From Candidatus Latescibacterota bacterium (GTDB taxonomy: Bacteria; Latescibacterota; UBA2968; UBA8231), in contig OZ241867.1 in the NCBI GenBank assembly GCA_965203175.1, positions 6,464,001 to 6,528,000 of the forward strand: DNA of 64,000 bases, read 5' to 3'. The translations under genes were made by a program, and so were the position numbers. Below the pieces are notes generated by a model. That model had not been told where the DNA came from. It ran no database searches and saw nothing but the letters and a program-made list of their open reading frames with translations. Positions 55,646 to 64,000 of the stretch are shown here, in pieces. The number at the start of each line of letters is the position of its first letter. The first letter of the stretch is position 1.

Positions 55646-57706
55646 TCAGTAAACCACAGCCACGTGGCCGCTGTGGACCGCCTCCCCTGCATCGACCTCG
55701 ACCTCGACCTGAAAGAGGTAGAGACCCGGGGGCACTAGGTTGCCGCGGTCATCGCGTCCATCCCAATAGCCGGGGCTTTCCCTCTCCCGGCCGGGCAAGC
55801 GCAAATAGGTTCCCGCGCTCAGGGCCGGGGGCCGGAGCCGGGCCACAGTGCGGCCGCTTAAGTCGAAGATGCGCATGGATACTGGGCGCGCCACATCCAC
55901 TCTGGAGAGAACCAATTCGATCACCGTGGCGTCGTTGACACCATCGCCGTTGGGCGAAAATACCGGCGGATTGGCCCGCACCTGTTCGAGGACTTGGCCG
56001 GTAACCGTGGTCGTAACCAACGTCCACGAATGGGGCCTTTGAGTGCGCGGGTCTTCGTCTTGATTGGGCGCGGCATTGAGCGGATTTTCCGAATCTGGGC
56101 TAAACAGGAACGCGCGAAAACGGTGCAGATGGGCATAGGAGCGAGTGCGGAAGGGAATCTGCAACTGAGTGCTTTGCCGCAGGGGCTCGGCGAAAATCAA
56201 GGTGAGCAAGTGCTGGGTGGAAAACCACTCGGCCAGCACAGTACTCCCCAAGTCAATACCCGGGCCGAGCTGAGCCTGTCCAGGCACAGCTATTTGCAAG
56301 CTTTTGACCCCCTGATCGCCAGCGCCGATCTCCACGTCGAGGGTATAGACAAAGTTGGTATCCACGCCCATCGGCACCCGGTTGGGCTCGACGCGACCAC
56401 GGGCCGTGGACGCAGCTATATCCTCGGTGGAGTACTCGATGCTCAGATCGCGAAAAAGAGGACTTTTCTCCGGGTCCCGGCTCTCCATATTGACGCGATA
56501 CTGCAAAAACCGCCCGGGTTCGGGGCCGGGAAAAAGGATTCCTCCAGCGACCAGCGGAGTGCTCCAGCCCCCCTGGGGATCGGCAAAAGCGTCCAAGGTG
56601 GCACCGCTGCGAAACTGGACCGCTAGATCCGTGCGCAGGGGAATGTCTGCATTCCAAGCGATGCGGCCGAAATTCTTGCGCTTGTCCGGTGCTCCCAGAT
56701 CCAGCGGTTCGGAAAGAAAAACGCCCTCCTCGGCAAAACCCTCGCCAAAGACCTGAATCTCGGCGACCTTGGGCTGGCTCACGCCATTGACGTCGATGAT
56801 GACAATGCGCACGAACCGGGTCCAAGTCGGATTGAAGACCACTTCGGTGCGCTCGAACTGGAGGATATCGTGCAAAACCCCCACCTCGGACCAGCGGATT
56901 TCATTGTCGCTGACTTGCACGGAATAGCCCTGTAGGGAATTCTGGGCGAAGTCGGGCCCCTCGGTGAGCACCCGCACGGCCCGGATCAGTCGGCGCTGTT
57001 GCAAGTCGATGGAGGCGGCAAAATTGACCGAGGATACGGGCGGTTCCCAAGCAGTGCGCAAATCGCCATCCACGGCTTCTATGCGATTGGAGGGCCGCCC
57101 TAAAGCCAAGTTCTCACCGCGTATTTGCTTGAGAACCACGCCACCAGCCACGCCGCCGATATCCGTGCCGCCGGGAAAACCAGCGACTAGGTCCGGGGCC
57201 GGATCGGGCAAGCCCTCGATCAGGCCGCGATTGACGCTACCGGCCTGGACCACCTGCCAACCCGGCTGCTCCGCGATCTCGGCCACTTGCCAGTCCGTGT
57301 CGGCCGGGCGAGCGGTCCAGTACCAGGTCTGGGCTTTGGGATCGGTCTCGCCGTAGCGCAGGGAATCGACCGCGACCACAGCCAGCAGGCCATGCCCTAC
57401 GCCCAAACCGCGATTGACCACCTCGACGGCCAAGGCGTTATCGCCGCCGAGCACGTCAACTGGGTAGGTGTGCACCTGGTTCCAAAACGCACTGGCCCCG
57501 ATGGCAACGCCATTGAAATAGACCGCAAAACTGTCCACCGCGGCAATGTGGAGCAGCCCTGAGGCACCGCTATCGGCCGCAAAGCTAGTGCGGTAGTACA
57601 GGGTATTGCGATAGGTGTCCTGGGTCCAGACCTCGGCGCGGCTCCCACCCGAAAGCATTAGCAGGAGGCAGGCTACCAACCCGGATCTGATGTGGGCTCG
57701 GACCAT
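55646..57706 (-). CDS. Secreted discoidin-domain protein with C-terminal FlgD-Ig/CHU_C-like domain
   Basis: Full-length paralog of 38758 (LYYRxxF, LKQxRGxNLA, PNRVPMG, NPLN); PVFSPNGDGVND...WDGRD...PGLY...VAVVY; start ATG 57706. Confidence 0.82.
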   Translation of the reverse strand: MVRAHIRSGLVACLLLMLSGGSRAEVWTQDTYRNTLYYRTSFAADSGASGLLHIAAVDSFAVYFNGVAIGASAFWNQVHTYPVDVLGGDNALAVEVVNRGLGVGHGLLAVVAVDSLRYGETDPKAQTWYWTARPADTDWQVAEIAEQPGWQVVQAGSVNRGLIEGLPDPAPDLVAGFPGGTDIGGVAGGVVLKQIRGENLALGRPSNRIEAVDGDLRTAWEPPVSSVNFAASIDLQQRRLIRAVRVLTEGPDFAQNSLQGYSVQVSDNEIRWSEVGVLHDILQFERTEVVFNPTWTRFVRIVIIDVNGVSQPKVAEIQVFGEGFAEEGVFLSEPLDLGAPDKRKNFGRIAWNADIPLRTDLAVQFRSGATLDAFADPQGGWSTPLVAGGILFPGPEPGRFLQYRVNMESRDPEKSPLFRDLSIEYSTEDIAASTARGRVEPNRVPMGVDTNFVYTLDVEIGAGDQGVKSLQIAVPGQAQLGPGIDLGSTVLAEWFSTQHLLTLIFAEPLRQSTQLQIPFRTRSYAHLHRFRAFLFSPDSENPLNAAPNQDEDPRTQRPHSWTLVTTTVTGQVLEQVRANPPVFSPNGDGVNDATVIELVLSRVDVARPVSMRIFDLSGRTVARLRPPALSAGTYLRLPGRERESPGYWDGRDDRGNLVPPGLYLFQVEVEVDAGEAVHSGHVAVVY

Positions 57707-57758
57707 CGCGTTGCGGATTGTTGCCAGATGGACGGAAAAGGCGGCGAAACGCAGAAAA

Positions 57759-57792
57759 TTGACTACTCCCAATCCTAAAGGAGTTGGGATTC
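57759..57792 (-). mobile_element. Solo IS200/IS605-type right-end remnant
   Basis: Minus strand GAAT-CCCAACTCC-TTTA-GGATTGGG-AGTAG-TCAA: guide tetramer, bulged hairpin and terminal TCAA. Confidence 0.6.
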
Positions 57793-57815
57793 TTGGCAGC
57801 CATCCCCTCTGAGGT

Positions 57816-58817
57816 TCAATTAGGATCGGAATCGTCCTGCTTGACTCGCTTATGTCTCTTGATCCGTCCCCACGAAGTCTCGGCCACGGCCGTCGGCTCC
57901 CCGCCGGTATAAGACGCGATGTCCATCACGTAAATCTCATCGTTGCCGTCGCGATTGGACACGAAGGCGATGTGCCGGCCATCCGGAGACCACGAAGGAG
58001 AGTGGTCTTCGGCCGGGTGGTCTGTCAGGCGACGAGGGTTGCTCCCATCCGAACCCATCACGTATATCTCATAGTTACCGTCGCGGTCGGAGGTGAAGGC
58101 GATGTGCCGGCCATCCGGAGACCACGAAGGAGACCCGTCATAGCCACTGGCATCGGTCAGGTTGCGCCGATTTTCTCCATTCGCATCCATCACCATAATA
58201 TCACGGGCATGGTGAGAGTGAAGGTGAAAGGCGATATGCCGACCATCCGGAGACCACGAAGGATCTAGGTCTTGGCCCCAGTCGCCGCTCAGATTCCGCA
58301 GGTTTTCCCCAGACAAATCTATCACGTAAATCTTTCTGGCGGGCGTAACGCGGTGGGAAGTGAACGCGATAGATTGCCCATCTGGGGACCACGAAGGCAT
58401 CCAGTCAGTCTGAACGTGGTCGGTCAGGCGGCGTACATTGTCTCCATTTGCATCCATCACGTAAATCTCACTGTTGCCGCCTCCCACGCGCTCGGAGAAA
58501 AAGGTGATAGAGTGACCGTCTGGAGACCACGAAGGATCCCCGTCCGTGCTACTGTCATTGGTTAGGTTTCGCAGGTTGTCCCCATTTGCATCCATCACGT
58601 AAATCTCATAGTTGCCGTCGCGGTTGGACTCGAAGGCGATGTGCCGACCATCCGGAGACCAAGAAGGAGACCAGTCATCGCCGCTGGCATCGGTTAGGCG
58701 GCGTATGTCTCCGGCGACCCAAGCCTCCCCATCACTGCTCGTCACCGTTTGCCCCCAGCCAGCGCCGGCCAGCCCCAGCGTTGCCAAGCAGACGATTAGT
58801 ATCGACCGATAGTTCAT
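57816..58817 (-). CDS. TolB-like PD40-repeat beta-propeller secreted protein
   Basis: Six PSWSPDG repeats at ~44-aa period; signal peptide; GGAGG Shine-Dalgarno; C-terminal PTAVAETSWGRIK. Confidence 0.9.
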   Translation of the reverse strand: MNYRSILIVCLATLGLAGAGWGQTVTSSDGEAWVAGDIRRLTDASGDDWSPSWSPDGRHIAFESNRDGNYEIYVMDANGDNLRNLTNDSSTDGDPSWSPDGHSITFFSERVGGGNSEIYVMDANGDNVRRLTDHVQTDWMPSWSPDGQSIAFTSHRVTPARKIYVIDLSGENLRNLSGDWGQDLDPSWSPDGRHIAFHLHSHHARDIMVMDANGENRRNLTDASGYDGSPSWSPDGRHIAFTSDRDGNYEIYVMGSDGSNPRRLTDHPAEDHSPSWSPDGRHIAFVSNRDGNDEIYVMDIASYTGGEPTAVAETSWGRIKRHKRVKQDDSDPN

Positions 58818-58870
58818 AACGTGCCTCCTTTCGGAAGGTTGTGAAAGGAACTTATATCCTTGAGTGCCCA

Positions 58871-58923
58871 AAAAAAAGGGATCGAGTGCAATGGCGGGTT
58901 GCCCCGGCCAAAACCCGATCCCC
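58871..58923 (-). terminator. Intrinsic terminator-like extended hairpin
   Basis: Minus strand GGGATCGGGT...ACTCGATCCC followed by T8, with an inner CGGG-GCAA-CCCG hairpin. Confidence 0.7.
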
Positions 58924-58944
58924 TAAAAAAGACAGATCTGCGAG

Positions 58945-60768
58945 CTACTTCAGCAACAGCATTTGCTTGCTATCCACAAACGAGCCAGCCCGCAGTTCGT
59001 ACAGGTACACCCCACTGCCCACGGACTCGCCTTGGGCATCCCGGCCATCCCACTTGATTTCATACGACCCAGCCTGTAACTCGCCGTCCATCAGGCGGGC
59101 TACCAACTGACCGGAGATATTGTAGATGTCGAGGACGACAACTCCGGCCGCTGGAATGGCAAAGCGGATCGCAGTTTCGGCATTGAAGGGATTGGGATAG
59201 TTGTCGCCTAAGGCATAATCAGACGGCAGGGACGCGCCAGTCAACTCCGCTATCGCAGTAGCTGCATCGCCGCCGATGACGCCAGTACTCACGTCAAAGG
59301 GGAAGTGGACCAGTTCCTGCTGGCCAGTCGGCGCGTACAGACCGTCGTAAGACCCCCCATCAGAGACCCAGTACAGGTCGGAAGCCAGCCCGGTGGGCAT
59401 CTTGGGCAAATTGACGTTGAACAGACCGTGCCCATCCGGCCCGAGGACCGTGCCCCAGAAGGGCTGGTTGAAACCAGAGAAAAAGGCGATGTGGTGCCGG
59501 CCGACATTGGCGTGGGTAACGGCCATCTGGTGGTCAAGGCCATCTTCGGCAAAGCCGCGAGCCGTGGCCTCCTCGCCGAAATAGCGGTCGAGAAAGCCGT
59601 CGCCATTGCGGTTGAGCCAGATGAGGTCGCCGTCTAACGTGACATGAGCTGGAAGCGAAATCGGATTGTACCACAAACCAGAGACGTAGATCCCGCGGTC
59701 GTCCACATCGACTCCCCAAGGACCTTGGCTGCCCGTCTCGTGGAGATAAATCTCGCTCAGATCGAGAATATTGGCGATCTCGCCGGTGGCGCGGTCAACC
59801 GAAACAACCGCCGGCACCAGTGGCTCTTCGACATCGCGATTGGCCAGATAGATCATGCCGTCGTCGGCGACCCAAGAGTGATGCGAGGCCTGCGACACGG
59901 CCGAACTGGCGACGCGGGCGTTGATATGGACATAACCCCGGTCGGCTGCGGCCCAATCCTCGTCCGGCAGGATCGTGCCGTTGTCTGGGTCGAATTTGAC
60001 CCGCCACACACCGCTGCCCCGCGCCACGTCAAACTGGGCGTTGTTGGTGATATAGGCGACGTTGGGGTCGGCCGGGTCGGGCTGGTAGGAACTGACGTCC
60101 CAGTACTGAATTTCCTGGCCGTGGCGCTCGTTCATCCAGGGGATCAGAAAGCTTTCATACGCCTCGGGGTTTTGGAAGTAGTCGAGACCGAGCTCGCCGC
60201 GGCGGATCTCCCACTCCGTCCCTTGGTTGGAGGTCCAGACCACGGGCGGATCGACATTGAAATCGACCCGGTTGGTCATCCAGTACGAATGCGAACTGCC
60301 CGGGCCGATCCAAGTGGGATTGGAAATATTGTCCAAGGCGAAGAGGTAGTACGTATAAGTACCGGCCCCGACCTCGTTGCCGTTGAAGTCCCGGCCGTCC
60401 CAAGTGATGGAGTTGGCCCCTTCGCTGAAAGTCTGGCCACCAGAGATGCTGATCAAGGTGTCGAGCCCGGCGGCGCGCAACATGGCATTGCCCACGCCAC
60501 CTTCGCCAAAAGCCGCGCCATCGTACTGGGGATTGGCGTCCCGGGAGTACACTGCCAAGTGCACTTCGGCCGGACCCCCATTGAGCGTGAAGGGCACCTC
60601 GACCGAACCGCCGTCAAAGGCGACATCCTCGGAGTCGATAGTGAGGACATTGGGCATGCCGCTACGCCAATCGTTGGCGCGATCGAAATTCGGATTGCCG
60701 GCCGTGCCCGACTGGGCTAGGGCAGAGCCGACAAAGACCAGAGAAAAGAGCACAGATAACATCTTCAT
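58945..60768 (-). CDS. Secreted protein with N- and C-terminal FlgD-Ig-like domains (T9SS type-A-like tail)
   Basis: Signal peptide; ITWDGRDFNGNEVGAGTYTY; ATAIAE linker, NYPNPFNAET, WDGRDAQGESVGSGVYLY...MLLLK; GGAGG Shine-Dalgarno. Confidence 0.85.
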   Translation of the reverse strand: MKMLSVLFSLVFVGSALAQSGTAGNPNFDRANDWRSGMPNVLTIDSEDVAFDGGSVEVPFTLNGGPAEVHLAVYSRDANPQYDGAAFGEGGVGNAMLRAAGLDTLISISGGQTFSEGANSITWDGRDFNGNEVGAGTYTYYLFALDNISNPTWIGPGSSHSYWMTNRVDFNVDPPVVWTSNQGTEWEIRRGELGLDYFQNPEAYESFLIPWMNERHGQEIQYWDVSSYQPDPADPNVAYITNNAQFDVARGSGVWRVKFDPDNGTILPDEDWAAADRGYVHINARVASSAVSQASHHSWVADDGMIYLANRDVEEPLVPAVVSVDRATGEIANILDLSEIYLHETGSQGPWGVDVDDRGIYVSGLWYNPISLPAHVTLDGDLIWLNRNGDGFLDRYFGEEATARGFAEDGLDHQMAVTHANVGRHHIAFFSGFNQPFWGTVLGPDGHGLFNVNLPKMPTGLASDLYWVSDGGSYDGLYAPTGQQELVHFPFDVSTGVIGGDAATAIAELTGASLPSDYALGDNYPNPFNAETAIRFAIPAAGVVVLDIYNISGQLVARLMDGELQAGSYEIKWDGRDAQGESVGSGVYLYELRAGSFVDSKQMLLLK

Positions 60769-60862
60769 GAAACTGCCTCCCCTAGGTGATTAGTGTCTGC
60801 GAAATGGACGAAATGTTGAAATTCATCAAAATAGATAACATCAGCGCACAGCTATCCCGTCC

Positions 60863-60891
60863 ACTATATAGAAATTAAAGAGATATGTCAA
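60863..60891 (-). promoter_or_regulatory. Near-consensus sigma70 promoter
   Basis: TTGACA (60891-60886), 17-nt spacer, TATAGT (60868-60863). Confidence 0.75.
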
Positions 60892-60935
60892 AGTAAAAAC
60901 TCAGCCCCTGAAAGATCCCTGTTGGCGCAGTTAGT

Positions 60936-62525
60936 CTATTGGATCTGCTTGGAACGGACCAATTCGAGAAAAGACCGGATGCGCGGATAATCGGGTTGCG
61001 ATGCGAGTACCTGTTCAAAAGCGGCCTCGGCTTCTGGGTAGCGCTGTAGATCAATCCAGGCCAAACCGAGGCCAAAACGGGCGTGGACGTGCCCGGGGTC
61101 GGTTGCTAGGACTTGCTCAAAGAGCGGCACGGCTTGGGCAGGACGCAGCCCGCGCACGTGGAGCATGCCCAGTTCGAACTGCGCCTTAGTCCACCCGGGC
61201 TCGAGGACCAGAGCCCTCGCAAAGGCCGCGGTGGCCCGCTCGTCGCCTCCAGCTTTGGCATGGGCCTGACCCAAGCGCAGGTGGAAGCGCGCCGAATCCG
61301 GGGCTAGGGCCACGGCCTGTTCTAGGGCGGCAATGGCTTTGTCCGTCCGCCCCTGCCGGTCATAGACCAAACCTAGATCGGCGTGAATCCCAACCATGCC
61401 CGGCTCGAGGGCCAAGGCTTTTTTGAACTCTTCAATAGCCCGATCGTACTGGCTAGCTTCGGCATAGGCCACGGCCAAGGCGCGGCGCTCTAGGGCTTTT
61501 TCGGGTTGGCGCTGGACCCGCAATTGGGCCATATAGAGCGAGTCTTGTTCGCCTTCTTCGAGGGCGACAAAGCGCTCCTGCGCGCGCTGGCTGGCGGCGG
61601 TGCGGCCCAAGAGTTGGTAGGATCTGGCCAAATTGTAGTACGCCTGTCGGTAGCGCGGTTCGAGAGCGATGGCCCGCTCGTACGCCTCCACAGCTTTGGC
61701 GGGCGATCCCCGTCGATCCAGCACTCTCCCCAAGTTGTAGAACGCTTCGGCATCCGTGGAGTCGAGCCCGACGGCCGCCCGCAATGAGACGGCCGCGCTG
61801 TCCAAGTCGCCTTTTTCCAGATAGATGGCACCCAAGCGGCGATGCGCTGTCGCTAGACCTATGTCGAGTTCTAGGGAATGTCTGTACGCGGCTGCGGCCT
61901 GGACGGATAGATTCCGCAATTCATAGGTGCGGCCCAGGTTGTAGTGGAAATGGGCATTGGTCGGCTCGAGATTCACAGCCCTGCTCAGGGAGGCAATAGC
62001 CGTGTCGAGATCGGTGTAGCTGAGATTGATCGGTTTATCCGTGGCCGTGGGTGCGCGCCGCGCATAGGCCACCCCGAGGTGGAAGTGGGCCTCGGCGAAT
62101 TCCGGAGCCAAGGCCGCGCTTTGCCGCCAGTGCTGGATGGCGTCGTTGTACTTGCCAATCCGCGCGTACACTTGTCCCAAGCCAAAGTGGGCGCGCACAC
62201 TGGCGGGGTGCTTTCCCAAGGCGGCTTGGTAGAGCGCCACAGCGCGAGCGTATTCGTCCTGCTGGACTAGGGCTGCGGCCAGATCGCAGTACATCTCGAG
62301 ATCGGCTCGACCTTCCCGTATGGCCGCCTCTATAGCACCGAGCGGCAGGGCCGACCGGGGACCAGAGCCATAGCGAGCGCGCAACTGATCCTGGCGCGCG
62401 GATGTCGGCTCGTATTGCTCGTCGGCGCAACCGCTGAGCGAGATGATCGGTAGCGCGAGAAAGAGCCGATAAATCCAAGGAGCAGATTGCGGCCTATCAC
62501 TGCGCTGGCAGAGATCCAGCCGCAT
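60936..62525 (-). CDS. TPR-repeat lipoprotein
   Basis: Lipobox LSGC; more than ten canonical TPRs (AHFGLG, AHFHLG, AFYNLG, AYYNLA); start ATG 62525 uncertain. Confidence 0.87.
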   Translation of the reverse strand: MRLDLCQRSDRPQSAPWIYRLFLALPIISLSGCADEQYEPTSARQDQLRARYGSGPRSALPLGAIEAAIREGRADLEMYCDLAAALVQQDEYARAVALYQAALGKHPASVRAHFGLGQVYARIGKYNDAIQHWRQSAALAPEFAEAHFHLGVAYARRAPTATDKPINLSYTDLDTAIASLSRAVNLEPTNAHFHYNLGRTYELRNLSVQAAAAYRHSLELDIGLATAHRRLGAIYLEKGDLDSAAVSLRAAVGLDSTDAEAFYNLGRVLDRRGSPAKAVEAYERAIALEPRYRQAYYNLARSYQLLGRTAASQRAQERFVALEEGEQDSLYMAQLRVQRQPEKALERRALAVAYAEASQYDRAIEEFKKALALEPGMVGIHADLGLVYDRQGRTDKAIAALEQAVALAPDSARFHLRLGQAHAKAGGDERATAAFARALVLEPGWTKAQFELGMLHVRGLRPAQAVPLFEQVLATDPGHVHARFGLGLAWIDLQRYPEAEAAFEQVLASQPDYPRIRSFLELVRSKQIQ

Positions 62526-62985
62526 ACTCCCGATCCTCGGGGAAATCGACAAAGGGATGGGCACCAACTGAAATCAGCTTGGTCGCCGGGTTCACAGTCA
62601 ACCGAGCGTATTGCCCAAAGGGACGCCAGCGTTTGGCCGGAGTGTTGTCTATTTTTTCCGGCTCGTTCTGCGGAGGGTCAAGGCCAATGATGCGAAAAGC
62701 CTCGACTTCGTCAAAGGGCTCCATGGCGGCGAAATTATACGTGACATAGACAATTTTGCCCTGCTTGATGGCCGCGAAAAGTTTCACTCCCCCAACGTCC
62801 TCCCAGCGCATAAAACCCACGTGCTTTTCGGTTTCCTCTCTGTACTGCTTAGGTTCCCCCAAACGCGCCTGCACCGCCGAGGGAGTGCTGGCCAACAGGG
62901 CGTGGGCGTCTAGGGGTCCTTCCGGGGAGCAGGCTAGGCCGAGGAGCAGAACCGTGGCCAACGGACAAAAACCAGACCATTTCAT
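62497..62985 (-). CDS. Hypothetical lipoprotein
   Basis: Lipobox-like GLAC; VQARLGEP motif; 162 aa. Confidence 0.7.
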   Translation of the reverse strand: MKWSGFCPLATVLLLGLACSPEGPLDAHALLASTPSAVQARLGEPKQYREETEKHVGFMRWEDVGGVKLFAAIKQGKIVYVTYNFAAMEPFDEVEAFRIIGLDPPQNEPEKIDNTPAKRWRPFGQYARLTVNPATKLISVGAHPFVDFPEDREYAAGSLPAQ

Positions 62986-63034
62986 AGGGGATTGTTCTCT
63001 GTGTTGCTCAATGCCTTATCGCCGAATCGGTGCA

Positions 63035-63094
63035 ACAATAGGCGCGTTGGCAGGCTGCGTCAAGGTTGACAAATGCAGGGGCGCACTTCAGTTT
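63035..63094. promoter_or_regulatory. Back-to-back divergent promoters
   Basis: Minus TTGACG (63063-63058)-N17-TATTGT; plus TTGACA (63066-63071)-N17-CAGTTT (weak); the two -35 boxes form the palindrome GTCAA-GG-TTGAC. Confidence 0.5.
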
Positions 63095-63103
63095 CGGCCA
63101 ACT

Positions 63104-64000
63104 ATGAGCAACCAGTCAAAGGGGTTTTTCATCGCCTGCATTGGCCTACTGGCCAGCGCCAGTCTCCACACGGGGTGCGGCGAACTGGGGCAAAAGCCCA
63201 ATGTCGTAGTATTGCTGGTTGACACCTTGCGCGCCGACCACCTCAAGTGCTACGGGTACCACCGGGACACAGCCCCATTCCTCGAAGGACTGGCCCGCCG
63301 CGGCGCGGTCTTCACCCAGTGTTACGCTCCCTCGGACTATACTCCGGCTTCCACGGCCTCTTTGTTCACGGGGCAGTACCCTCTAGCGCATGGGTATCTC
63401 AACTCGCACTACGTCCTCGCCGAGACCCACACCACCATAGCCGAGATATTCCAGCGGCAAGGATATACCACCGCGGGATTTATCGCCAATGGCTTGGCCG
63501 GCGAGAAGTACCAGATGGACCAGGGCTTTGACCACTACTTTGAAAAGAACAGGGCCTCGGCCGCAGAATTGGTTGCCGCGGCATCCGCCTTCATTGAACA
63601 ACAGGCCGACAAACCCTTTTTCGCGTACCTGCATTTCCTCGATGTCCACGATCCCCACCGGATTCCCCAAGAATACCACGGCCGCTTCGCCGATCCGACG
63701 GATTTTGCCTACGATATGCAAGACACCCTCCAGCTCGACAATTTTGTCATGCAGGCCTGGTGGGAGGCGGCGCAGGGATGGCGGGATCAGACTGTAGGAT
63801 CCGACCAAGTCGCAACATATTTTGCCGACTACGTCCAGCTCTACGATGCATCCATTTCCTACTGGGACGAGCAGTTGGGGGCCTTGCTCGACCTGCTCGC
63901 CGTCCAAGGGATCGATGAGCGGACGATCATCGTGGTGACCTCGGATCACGGGGAGCAGTTTCTCGAACACGGCTATTTCGGGCACGGCAATTCAGGCTAT
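63104..64000 (+). CDS. Sulfatase-like alkaline phosphatase superfamily lipoprotein (partial)
   Basis: Not in the ORF track (no stop in window). MSNQSKG...HTGC...PNVVVLLVDTLRADHL...YTPASTASLFTG...LHFLDVHDP...TSDHGE. Confidence 0.88.
   Translation, partial: MSNQSKGFFIACIGLLASASLHTGCGELGQKPNVVVLLVDTLRADHLKCYGYHRDTAPFLEGLARRGAVFTQCYAPSDYTPASTASLFTGQYPLAHGYLNSHYVLAETHTTIAEIFQRQGYTTAGFIANGLAGEKYQMDQGFDHYFEKNRASAAELVAAASAFIEQQADKPFFAYLHFLDVHDPHRIPQEYHGRFADPTDFAYDMQDTLQLDNFVMQAWWEAAQGWRDQTVGSDQVATYFADYVQLYDASISYWDEQLGALLDLLAVQGIDERTIIVVTSDHGEQFLEHGYFGHGNSGY

Noticed and set aside
33074-57706. Calling the operon a canonical T9SS, PUL or Agl-Glt gliding locus
   Set aside because: No recognisable SprA/PorK-N, SusC/SusD or AglRQS signatures; only domain-level analogies.
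57960-58670. Regularly spaced ~30-bp nucleotide repeats resembling a CRISPR array
   Set aside because: They are in-frame PD40 (WSPDGRHIAF) coding repeats with similar inter-repeat sequence; no cas genes.
63383-63985. 200-aa minus-strand ORF
   Set aside because: Antisense to the sulfatase-like gene starting at 63104.

Overview
A GC-rich bacterial window dominated by minus-strand operons for secreted and envelope proteins. The protein repertoire (FlgD-Ig-like C-terminal domains, CRTAC1/ASPIC-UnbV, FGE-fold lipoproteins, DUF4159, a C-terminal SWGxIK motif) suggests an FCB-group organism such as Ca. Latescibacterota; this assignment is inference only. Main blocks: (1) 1-7212, a module of a FlgD-tailed ~1000-aa protein, a ~890-aa acidic barrel-like protein and a TPR lipoprotein, with a parvulin PPIase upstream. 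(2) An orphan family-5 solute-binding protein whose 3' 41 bp are duplicated. Between the copies lies a 1089-bp IS-like unit (15-bp TIRs, 7-bp TSD) carrying only an Rpn-type PD-(D/E)XK gene with a sigma54-like promoter and an internal start. (3) A lower-GC type I R-M island with Fic, DUF2806, HEPN, orphan antitoxin-like and YgjP cargo. (4) An FG-GAP protein, a Phd/VapC TA pair and an alkaline-phosphatase-superfamily operon. (5) A 13-gene, ~24.6-kb, largely coupled operon (33074-57706) with three more paralogs of the barrel-like family, two FlgD-tailed partners, two TonB-C/AgmX-like lipoproteins, a giant TPR protein, DUF4159, CRTAC1, two FGE-fold lipoproteins and an SGNH-TPR protein; this is the best candidate for an undescribed envelope system. 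(6) A PD40 protein, a double-FlgD surface protein, a TPR protein and a Thr-type sulfatase-like gene at the edge. No rRNA, tRNA, CRISPR array, integrase or reverse transcriptase was seen. All family calls are by eye; no searches were run.
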